NCBI GenBank assembly: GCA_051294905.1
Contig: CM119384.1
Location: forward strand, 9,300,001 to 9,364,000
From: Botryllus schlosseri
Taxonomy: Eukaryota
Reading direction: 5' to 3'
DNA length: 64,000 nt
Within the stretch, counting starts at the first letter, position 1; every line of letters starts with the position of its first letter. The notes below the pieces were generated by a model. The model did not search any database. It had not been told where the DNA came from and saw only the letters and a list, made by a program, of their open reading frames with translations. Position numbers and translations under genes: made by a program. Shown here piece by piece: positions 12,801 to 24,800 of the stretch.

Positions 12801-15800
12801 GACAAATGCTGTGTGGTACGCAGTGTGTACGCCGAGGTGTGCAAAGGGCGTGAGATACGTTTTAATGTTAGAAAACGCTTGGCTAAGTTGATCTGTCGGT
12901 AAATGGATGCGGAGGCGTCGTAATAATTTTCCTGAAAGTGCCAGCTTTTCGAACTCGCTGCCTACTGCGCATTTTCGTGTCTCTGAAAATTTATTCCCAG
13001 CGTTGATCTGTAATTGGATTGAATTCCGTTGTTGGGGAATTTGTGGTTTACTTTGATTTATGTGCCGTCTCGGCATAAAGCGGTGTAATTGATTTATTTG
13101 GAGGAGTTCTAACTGCGTGTCTGGCGGCCTAAATATTTTTGGAAAGTAAGCCCAAATGAATGATGAGTCTTTGTAAGTTCTCCGTCCTCCCCCCTGCTGT
13201 GGAAAATTTGCTTGTTGTGTGCTATTTCCTAAGGCGTCCGTCATTTGTTTTTGTAGAAAGCGTTTTCGATTTGAGGAAGTACTTGTCTGCAATATCGAAG
13301 CCTGAGGTAAGCGAATAGGTATATCAGCAGCACAAATCAAAAATCTAGTTTCTGAATGTGGATGCATGGTATACGGTGCAAGTAATGCCGTTCCATTAGA
13401 AAGAGAGAGAAGTTTTGTTTATTTCCACCCGCACAGCTTTCTTACTACCATAATGATTTCGTGCCTGTTGAACACTCCTGGTTTTGATTAATCCCCATAA
13501 CTAACAACAACAATTTGATTCGGTAAAAATCGGTGTAATATTTGTCCAATTAGGATAATTGCTTTAGAAAAGCTATTCAAGTTTCACTGACAGCCGAGAT
13601 CGTCCTCAGTTAGCGGAAGTTTGCAGTAATTTAACTTGGTTTTCCAGAAACAATAGTACAATTTGGTTGGCATTGTGACTTGTGACCGTCCAAATTAAAA
13701 TAATACATTCAAAAGCGTCTATGTTGTTGCTCTTCCAGGCAACGTGCTATTTAAATTTCAGGTTACAAATGTCGCCCCAAGGTCGGCGTCATTGCGCTGG
13801 TCCTTACAGTATTCAGCGGCAGTTGAAAGAAAGTTGACGGTAACGTACGAACTTCACCTCGGAAGCAAGACAAAAGGAGGCGACAAATTCGTTATGGTGG
13901 AAAGGTAAGCTGTCACGCTCAACTTCCTCCGATAGAATTTTGTCGACCGCCGCTTTTACGCGTCTTGCTGTTTTCAGCGGGAACTCTGAAGCCACGGAGC
14001 TGAAGGATTTGAAGCCAGGCGTTGAATATCTAGCAAAGTAATGCAGATTAAATTGAATTTCACGCAAATTGAATGAAGTATTGTTCTGAATGTCAGTGAT
14101 GGAGCGTCATTTGCTTCGTGTCCAGGATTTTTTACTCCTATCTCTTGTCTGATGCAAGTTCATTTCTTGTAGGGTGCTTGCCGAAGCCAACACGATAAAG
14201 GGTGCTTTCTCGGAAGTAGCAACATTTCGTACCTTATCCTGTCCGCCAAGTGCGCCGGTCGCTCCAAAGTCTACTCACAGAACGAAAAGTTCACTCACCC
14301 TCAAATGGCATGTGAGTGCGACTCGTGAAGTTTTTTGGCTATTGACGTTCGTGCGGTGTTTGTTATTCAGTCGAAAAGAATTTGTTCCTGGTTAGATGTG
14401 GAACAATCGTCATTTTGTGTGTCATCGAATTTTCGAGGTTGTATGGTGTTCTCTCTGACAAGCATTTCAAATGCATTGGATTTATCGTGAATTCCGGGTT
14501 TAACCTTGATAGTTGCTGACAGGGCCGGACACAACGATTCACGTCTAGTGGTGATAGACCTGTACTCATATTACATCATGCCCCTTGGCCCCTGCCACTA
14601 AGAGTGATGTTAATTACTGAGAAATGTAGTTATATTACTTTCTTGCTACTGTAGGTGCTTCAAAACTGCATCTGGCCCTGGCCGTATCGCAGCATCCAAA
14701 TCATGTATAGTTTAGCGTAAGGCCACGCATGCTCACTGTTCATGATAATGGCATTGCCTTCGTGTACTGATTGACCCGAAGGCTTCTCATTAAGCGATGT
14801 GAATCAAGTGTAGTCAATCACTAACATTTTTTTTTCTTCGATGTAATCTGTACACACTTGAATTTTCTAAGTCATGCTGTTATGATGTCATAATGAATGG
14901 TAATCGACTTGGAATCAAATCAGATGGGTACTCCATATTTTCCTACGTGCCCCCTGGTATGCAGGTATGACATTCCCATTATCTTCAAGATACCCTGGTT
15001 GAGATCAGTAAAACGAATTAGAATTCCTTTCAATTTGCGTACTTTTAAATATAGCCGACTTCAAATGGAGACCCCGCTTTACGATCACCTTTGTTTCGCG
15101 CAGGCCCCGAACGACAATGGAGAAAAGATCTCGAAATATTTTCTGGAATGGGATGAGGGCGGAAACGGTGACGGATTCCGAAGCCTGTATGCCGATTCTC
15201 ACAAACAGTTCAAACTGGACAAGCTGCGTCCGTCGCAATCTTATACGTTTCGGTTGCGGTGCCAGAACGCCATGGGTGTAAGGTCGGTATGAGTCAAGAT
15301 AATCTAATAACAGGGATATCGGCCGTAGTTAGCTGGTATTGAAATTAGGTGCATACCCAGGGTTGCTGCACCGTCGTTATCAATAAGATTAGTTCTTATT
15401 TTGAAGTATAATGTGCTTTTGAGTTTGTCCTTGCATGATAACTAGATCATTTTAAGCAGTTCATTATCAAGTGTTCGCGAAGTATTTTTCCGAGGAAATG
15501 AACTAATATTAGATAATCCACTTGGTCGATAATGAATAGATCATTGACAGTCCACTGAGATGGTCTCGTTTCTCCGTTGTAATTGTATGTAAATTAAGCT
15601 TTCGATTCCGCCAGACCAACCCTGATTTCGTTGATTTAATTGTACTTGTACTTGAGGTGTGGGTCACGAATTTTCAGATGTGAAGTCTCTTCAAGGATGT
15701 AATGTGATGTATCGGACGGAGTAATTTGTTGATGTAAACCCAAATAGAAGAGAAATAAAAGGAACATTGATATACAATTCTCCACTTGTAGCTGACGATT

Positions 15801-18800
15801 ACCGCTGACATGTGTCGTCCATAAATATTTTGGTTTATTTCAATATGAGTACGGTATATTGCTCACAGATTTAGTATGATGTATCCTGTAACTATGTAAC
15901 TATAATCTCCAAACAACAAATTTTGAGAACTGGCGATTTCCCTCCCCACCTCCCGTTGGCTATCTGGCTGCTCACTGGTACTGATGACTCTTGTATATTA
16001 CCCTTCTCGAATGATGATTGCATGCTGGAAGAATTAGGCAACATATCCCTATACGCACGCTTGCTCAGTTGATACTTGGAGTGATTGCTGTTTTTGTATT
16101 GTGGAAGCCAGTGATACTTTTGTAATAGCTTTTTTGTTTGTAGAGAAGATAATTGAAATTCCAGACGGTATTTAGCATCCTGTGTGGATTCCGAGTTGTA
16201 ATTACAAACGTGCGGCTGCGAATTATAGCTGGGGGCTCTAATTTGTTTTGACGCAAAGTTGAGTGAGGGCGGTTTTACTATGCAGGTTCTATTTTTGGCT
16301 TTAGTGCGCTTGCCTATTCACCATTCCACAGGTCATTGCATGTCACAGCTTTTGAAATATACAACGGTAAAGTTGGTAATAGCGAAACCTACGTTATGAT
16401 GTTTGTATTAGTATTTGTGACTGTGAGTTATATCTGTACAGGCCACAATCACACAATAGGCGCCAAACCATAAAACGCGTATTGATACGTCATGCGTGGC
16501 TAGATTATTACTACAGTCGACCGTCACCAAGGAAAGCAATGCAATGATAACAAAACTGAATGAAAATAGTCCTCAAGAAATATTGAATATGACGTCTTAT
16601 GGCATATACTGCCGAACATGCGTGAAAGTATTTAGCTATAGATATAATGAACTTCCAAGGAATATGTAAACAGGAATGTACGACGTACGTACGTGCATAA
16701 ATTTTGATTATATGTGGTATATCCCGATATTTATATGGCATTTCGCCCTAATTTGAATACGATCTATAAATATTTAATTTTCTCAGTCCTTTCGCATTAC
16801 TGGTACTGGTATTTTTGCTTTCTGTTATTCAACTGTATCAGTTACTGTCATTATGTTATTGGGGTGACTGGATTTCTGCAGAATGACTGTAAAATCTTAT
16901 CGCTTGAAATGCCGGTTCCAGGTCACTGGCAGTTGGTTGCTATTTCAATTTTGACGTAGAATTTATATCGCTTGATCACTGTTTTGTGGACTGATCGATC
17001 AATGCCTTTTTTTACAATAAATTTAACCAAATCGTTGTCTTATGCGATCTTGAATCCAGCATTTTGAATCCGGCCCAGTCTTTCGAATATCGAATCAGCA
17101 GGAATAACCTCATCACGGGACACCTAATTCGCGATTTTTTTATTGACACTTCCAAATAACACTGTTAACTATCACACACTCTAAGAAAACTTGAACGTTG
17201 ACTCATGCAAGCTTGTAAGTACAATTAATTATCTGTGCACTGCAGGGGCCACTCATGCAAGACACTGGTAGCCTACATGGAAATGGGCTGCGGTTACTTT
17301 GTTTCACTCTGAAAAATACAAAACTAGTTATTCCTGTAGAGTCCTGGTTCAAATGCCAATCCACAGTTACCGAAAATGAGCCTGGATTTGAAAATATGAA
17401 TTTGAAGATTTAGGCTGGATTTAGATCGAATATGAAGTTTTCGATAATTTAGAATTTATATTAGACTTCTTACTAAATTGCTGTCATTGCCAGTTCATTT
17501 TGGATCTGAATCTCAAATCTGGAATGGGATTTGCTTATGAAAACATTGAATCCAATTGTGTCTGCCTGCTAGTTAGGGTGCTGCGAATCCAGTTTGGCAT
17601 AACCTTATTAAAATCTCTTTTCCAGCCCGTGGAGTCCAGAAGTGAAGTACCAAACTTCAGGTGCACCCCCACCTGCCCCAGACCCACCCGTGTTGGCAAA
17701 GAGCTTCGTTCAAAGCTTGCATCTCCGGTGGGACACGGACAGGCAAGGCCACAGCAAAGATGTCAAATTCGCTCTGGAAATGGACGACGGCAAAGACTAC
17801 GGATTTCGCGCAGTCTACGACGGATGCGACCGCAACCACACTGTTGCGGGATTGAGGAAAAGCTGTCCTTACCGGTTTAGGGTGAGTTGTTTTGTAACTA
17901 AGCGGATTCTGTCATTGCTATTTCTTAGAAATCTGGTTCTTAATGTATGGCACTGTAATACTCGACTCAAATCTGGTTCCAATTTATAGATGGCTCACCA
18001 GGCCCTCAGTTCACAATGCTTCGCTTGAGACTCGATACGGAGTGTAGGAGAAACTTTTTCACATCTCGTATCTTGTGTTATGTTGTTGAATTTGTAACAT
18101 TTTTCCTGAAAAGATCACAGCTCTAGAGATATCTAGGAATGTGAGAAGTTATGGCCGTATTCACCCACCCAAGTGGCGGCATTGATAATCCGTAGCGCAT
18201 GTGAGATTTCCCATCTGCAACGCTCCCCATGCTGCTTTGATTGCTTTTTGAGCTTTATATTATTCCGTGTCATTTGTAGCTCCGCGCTTACAACGATGAC
18301 GGAAAGAGCGGCTTCAGTCCGCCTGTGTGTTTTCATACCTCTCCTGACAAGCCATCGCCTCCTGGAAAGGTGACCCTTCGTGGAAAAGCACAACCTACCC
18401 ATTTCAAAGTTTCTTGGGGTAACATATATTATTTTTACTTACTTAGAGATGGAATGTGGTGTACTCGGGCAACCGATACCTTTGAATTCTATTGAATATT
18501 TCGAATGAATACTGTGCAAACATTGTCAGTTTGGTTCAGGGATGTAGCCAGAATCAGGAAAACCATTCTCGGGTTACGAGATAGCGTCATATGTTCATTT
18601 ATGACAGGGCTGGCCAACCTTTTCAGCCAAAGGGCCACATTCGATTGACGAACTATTGCGCGGGCCACTGGCCGCGCGAAGCGCGAATTTTTTTTGTAGT
18701 TCATAGGTCAATAATATTGTCACTTCACTATATTGCGGCATGTTGTATATCGCTGGGCTAAGTTTGCGAGGACTGGGCTATTCGGCGCATGGACATATCG

Positions 18801-21800
18801 ATATCGAAAGCTGCGACCAACATGCGTCAATCATTTCGTGCCTAGGTTTCATAGTCGACGGTCTTACTGCGAGCGCAAACGCAATGTCGCATATGTTGAA
18901 CGACACTTTGTCTCCTAATCGCGAATGTAGTTTGACTCAATCTGATACTTTAGGTATTCTTCCATTTTCACAAAAGGGCAACAATATTGAAAACAAGAAA
19001 TCGAGTGACAACATGTTGCGGCAAGCTAGTAGAAAATTTTCACCTTTGATAAATCTATCGCAAATTATTCTGCTTTAGTGTACGAAGACATACAAATATG
19101 TGAATGGCTGATGGATCTGTCAACGCGTCGGAATTGATATTTTAGACATCACATCTCAAGTGTTGCGGCCAGACTAATCAAATGTTTGGTTCGCCTTGCA
19201 AGTTCACAATCTGTGCAATCCATTTTTGATGATATTAGAAATTTCGGAAATTACCTCGCGGGCCACTCAAAACCTTCTCGCGGGCCACGGGTTGGCCGGC
19301 CCTGATTTATGAGGTCACCAGCATAATGGTGTTTGCACACAAAAAACCCAAATTTGATTTTGAGCCGAGCGAAATATCCTTTCTCTCTCACCTCTGACGT
19401 ATTTATGTGCCGTTGCAATTATAAACCCGTTACCGCGATTCCATTGGGTATGACTTTAGCAATGTGTCGTCAATTCACAATTGTGATCAACAGTTCTATA
19501 TTTAGCCATTAGTATTCTTGACGCAGCTTTTGCATAACGCAGGCGAACCGGTGGACAATGGCGGAGCTAATATCGACGAGTATATCTTGGAGTTTTGCCT
19601 CAACAAGGGTGATCAAATGGAGCAATTGTACCGTGGACATGATAAGGAGTTTACGGTCACCAACGCGTGCCCCGGATCGACGTATCGACTCAGGGTCTTT
19701 TGCGTGTCTCAAGGGGGGACAAGTATGCCGTCAGAAGTCGGCGTTGTCCCGGTACCACCCGTGGCGCCTGGACAGTGTATGCCGCCTTGGACTCCGTCGA
19801 AGCCTGGCCCAAGTATTGTGCATCTTCAATGGGGTGAGTATCTCCATTCTCAGTGTCGTGTATGTTTGGTGAGATGTGCCGAGTTTGGATTAGCCATTAT
19901 TTAAGCCGCACATCATATTTTGAATATGATTTTGATTGTTCAATTATTTCAGTACCATATCTCCATTTGTTTTTCTATCCAATTTCCAATCCACGCTTAA
20001 AACTGGTTGAAATGCATCCTATTTCAATGGTGTCTACATAGAATACAATTGTTGTTTGCCAAGCCTTGGTTTGATAAGTGGAGCGATGGAAATTCCAAGG
20101 ACTAGTACAAAATAGCTGGATTTTCCCTAGATCTTCTAGAAATGATTGATTATCTTCCGATCAATGGTTAGTGTAATGAATGTATGAAGCGTATTTTCCG
20201 CAAATTATGATATATGAATATATTTTCAATTGTATATTGAAGTTCTGTACCTCCGAGAAGCTCTTCAAATCTTAACGGTAAATTTAAGTACAGCGTTGTG
20301 TTTAGGACCACCAGCATACGACGGCGGCAGCCCCATCTCCCAGTATCAAGTGGCATTGTTGCGTGACAACGCAGAAGCGCAGACTGTCTTTCAAGGCGAT
20401 AAGCTGTGTTGCTCCGTTCCGAATTTGAAGCCTGGCAAATGTTACCAGTTTGCCGTCCGTGCCGCCAACAAAGCCGGGGTGAGTCAACACTATCGTGTCA
20501 AGGAACTACTATGCATTGTATCATATGTTAATCCTCATGGGCGAGTGTGACACGTATGTCATTAGCCTAATCTTCAGTCCTAATGCAGAGTTTTTGTTGA
20601 GCGGTGCTGTAGACTTGTGATTCGCAATTGATGCTGCAGAGGTGGCCGGTGCCGGGGTATTTCTGTCTTCTCTGCGTACTCAATTCGATAACCTACTTCT
20701 CGGTGGTTTTGTCTCTTTAGTCTTTCTCTAGTTTTGCTGTAGACAACAGCCCAAACACTTTCTACATTCCAATTCAAAGTTTGTGTGGCAGAAAGTAACC
20801 TAGTTTTGTATTGTTTTGTACAAATTGCTGTATCGTCAGAACAGTATCTGTTTGATACCCCTAATAGCTATGCTGATTTGTCTTGAAAAACTTTGTGCCT
20901 AGACGCATGATTTCGTGAGTCATTGTTTCATGCTATTCTGTATCGAAATCTGTTATTTCAAGCTACTTGATAAAATCTTTTTAATCAGTTGAAGTAGTTT
21001 TGGCTCGGCATGGAATACACCAGTTGTTAAAACATTTTTTACCGATAGGCTGGGCAATGGTCCGAATTTTTCGACTCCGTCACCGGTCCCGCGGCCCCCG
21101 AAGCTCCCCACGAAGTGCAGACCGAGCACGTAACGTCTAAAACAGTAAACGTCTCTTGGAAGGTAAGAAACTTCTGATGGAATGTCAATTCAGCTTTGAA
21201 GTGTTGTATCAGTCAAATTCAAGTTACTTTTTGTGCTGAATGATGACAAGTTTTACACTTCGTGGCTGCTTAAAGCAATTTGTGTCCTGCTCAAGTTGAC
21301 GATGGTTGTTTATTTTGCCGAAAGTGAAAGTTTCCCAACGTATCTTGATTTTCGTGACATGACTGTCGGTTTCTTGCAATTTGGCTGCATACTTTTATGT
21401 GACATTGATCGCGATCAATAATATCTATCTCTTCCACATAATTGCAGTTAGGAAATACTCGGATTATGCAGTCACGTCTTTTCAATATCATGCGACTTTA
21501 TTGAGACACGTGATATGTAAACTGCTGCACGTTTTGAATCTCGAACGTGTGGCGACTATAATAATATAATACTTTTAGATGTATTCGGTCAATACGGCTG
21601 TCGGACATTGTAGAATCTGCTTTTTTGTGGTTCTGACTAATTTAGAGCAATTCCGGTTCAAAGAGACTCTTGTAGGTACAGAACTTCATTTTACAATTGA
21701 ATAATATATATTCACATTGAAATACACCCGAATATTTTCTGCTGACACTCGTTAAAGGTGGTCGCTAGCAACCGGTAGGGAATTGAAAATAGAATGGGAT

Positions 21801-24800
21801 AATTATACAATATTTCCAGCTAACATTCGTTAAAGGTAATCGACAGCAATTAGTAGTGAATTGAAAATAACATTATGTCCCACAATGGTGTCCTACAATT
21901 GGTGCGTCACGATACCAAACTCCGTTACAATGCAACATTCGAGGCTGATTTGGGGGGTTCCAGGACCATGAGCGGAATAAAATTTACATTTTTGCAATCA
22001 GAACCGCGGTAGCTTTCGATTGATACCAATCTTATCAATTTTCGCGCTCTGCAAGTCGGTAAAAAATTACCGTAAAATTGCCCTTGGCCAAATTGAACGC
22101 GTGACGTAGACCAATCGCAGTGAGCTGGAGATTTGCTTGTGTCCACACCATTGTAGGACACTGTGAAGACGGTCTTTCAATTCTCTACTAGTTGCTGACT
22201 ATTACCTCTAGTGGGTGTCAGCAGAAAATATTTGGGTCTATTTCAATACGAATATGTTATTTGATTCCTATCGAAAAGTACATTTATGTTGAAATGAACC
22301 CGAAGGGATAATCGTCAGCAACTAGTAGAGAATTTGATTCCTGTTCCTATCAGCCATTCCGTGCGGAAATCTTCAATTACCATGCTCCATTTACTGTGAA
22401 TTCTTTGTCATTTTCCCTCCAGAAACCGCACGACAACGGGTCTGCAATCACGAAATACATAGTACAGTACGGCGCGCAGGAATCAACTATGAACTGTCAC
22501 GAGACGGTCACTGCTCTCAATTGCACCGTGCACCATCTATCTCCGAACTTCCTCTATTTTTTCCGAGTCCAGGTAAACTCTCGAAACTGTTGTGTTTGTT
22601 CGGAAGCTAAATACTCGAATCGAATTCAGTGCGAAAATGATGTCGGCAAAAGTAAATTCTCTGAAGTTTTGTCCGTGATGACGGCCCCTTCTTGCCCGGG
22701 TTGCGTCTCGAAAGTTCGGCAAATCGATGTTCCCCCGGAGCAAGACGCAGAGGCGGAGTATTCGTACCCAGGCGCCGCGACGTCGGCATTCATCAAGTGG
22801 GACAAACCGTCGGAACACGGTGCCGTTATAACCGGGTATCATGTCGAAGTGTCGGCCAGCAAGTCGTCAAAGGATAAGTCTGGCGACAAGACAAATTTGT
22901 TGGCGACAGGGCCAGAGCTGTCGTGTCGTATCAAAGACCTCGCTCCGGACAAGGAGTACCGGTAAATGGTTTCGTACTTGTATTATCGTTGTGTGTTTAT
23001 GTTGTCTTCAGATATTGAAGTATTATCATTAATTGTTCGGTGATGATATTTGTATTTTGTGCTGTTTGTCAACCTTTTTGTGCTCTTTAGCAGTCTTTTT
23101 GCGCTTTTATTGTGGTAATTCTCGACTGGACGGCATTGTGATACCAATACTAAGACTAGGGTCATGGTTTGGGTGTAAGCAATATATTATATATATCTAT
23201 TTAAATTAAGGTATTTGCATCATCCTTTGCTACAGCATTCTTATTTTGATTGAAAATTGAATAAGTCACATCTCACCAAAAAAAGATTCTGACATCATTG
23301 TGGTAACGCAGGATACGTTCAATCAGAAAGCTGGATGTTCCTTGCCCTTTTTCCCGTTGCCTTGATTCACTGTTGGGATGTGTTGAGGATCGTAAAATTG
23401 CACAATCCAATATATTTGCTGTAACGTTTTTATCGCACAAGTTGCCGGCTCGGCATTCACGTGAAATTTTGGATACTAACGGGCAGAATTTCGTGTCGGT
23501 TCTGTAGTTTTTTGCGCTTTCGACAGCGTTGGTATACTAAATCTGGAAAGTTGATGAACATGGCGATGAATTTACTGATTTTACTGAATTTTCTTATTTC
23601 CTTGTCCACAATCTTACTCTCTCTCTACAGAGTGCGTGTTCGGGCAATTAATGATGTCGGTGTCGGTCAATACAGCCCAATGTTCACCATAAGCACGCAG
23701 CCGTTACCACCTGACCCACCATTGTTGGAATGCATACCGTCTTGTAGCAGTTTGAAGCTGAGGTGGAATAGTAATGATGACGAATTCAAGCTTCAAATGA
23801 TGGACAGGCACGGAAGGTGAGTGGTTTGACTTGACGTGCGGCTTTATCTTGGTTTACATTGTAACCAATGCTGCGACCTGTCTTTGTTATGCGTGCATGA
23901 ACTTTGATCGGGATATATGCAAGGTGCAAGCCTTCTCTTCTGACCTGATTCGCTTTTTTAAATTCGTGTGATGCGTAGGCCTATCTTTCATGCCATCAAT
24001 GACATGGAGTTTTAATGTTGCATTTGAGTTCAAAAGTGATACTGAATGCATTGAACCGGCAGATATTTATTGGAGTCGCAAATTATCTCGTGTACTGATT
24101 TTCTATCAAAGTTTAGCTTGGTTGCGATTGTGTTCTTTGCTTAGAGCTGTTTAATCAACCGAAATGTGTACACAACTGTATTCTTACACGCTAAAAAAAC
24201 TTATACCTATGGCTAGTCATGCAAAACATCGCACCTCGAAAAATGCTGTGATATTAAAAGATTTGCGCATTTAACACCAATGTTTTTTTCCGTAGTTAAA
24301 ATATTTAAACTGGAGATCATCTTGAAGTCCTGTGATGGTCAGTTACCAACCTGGACTACCTGGACCGTGTGTCGTGAGTAGGCCTATGCGATATGCCGCC
24401 GTATTTTGTGGATTTTTGATTGCCATTTGAGAATATAATGTTGATTTTGACCCTACTTCAACTTTGCTGTCGTTTTCTTCCGGAAAGGTTCGTGACTGTG
24501 TACAGCGGTCCTAGCAAATCTCACAGAATTCCAAAGTTGGAAGAGAAAACCGAGTACTTCTTCCGTATCAGCGCACAGAATGAAGCCGGCGAAGGCCCTT
24601 TTTCGGAAGCATATCACTTTTCTACGACCACATCTCAACCTCCGCCTCTCAAAAGTAAGTTTTAGTTGACGCCCGTGTGTAGTGCATTACGTGATACCCT
24701 TCCGGAAACATTGGCTTTATCGTGATTTCATGCGTTCGAAATTTTTAATAGATTTGTTTTATCGACTTAGCGTATCCAAATGACTTTTTGCTTCTTCAAC

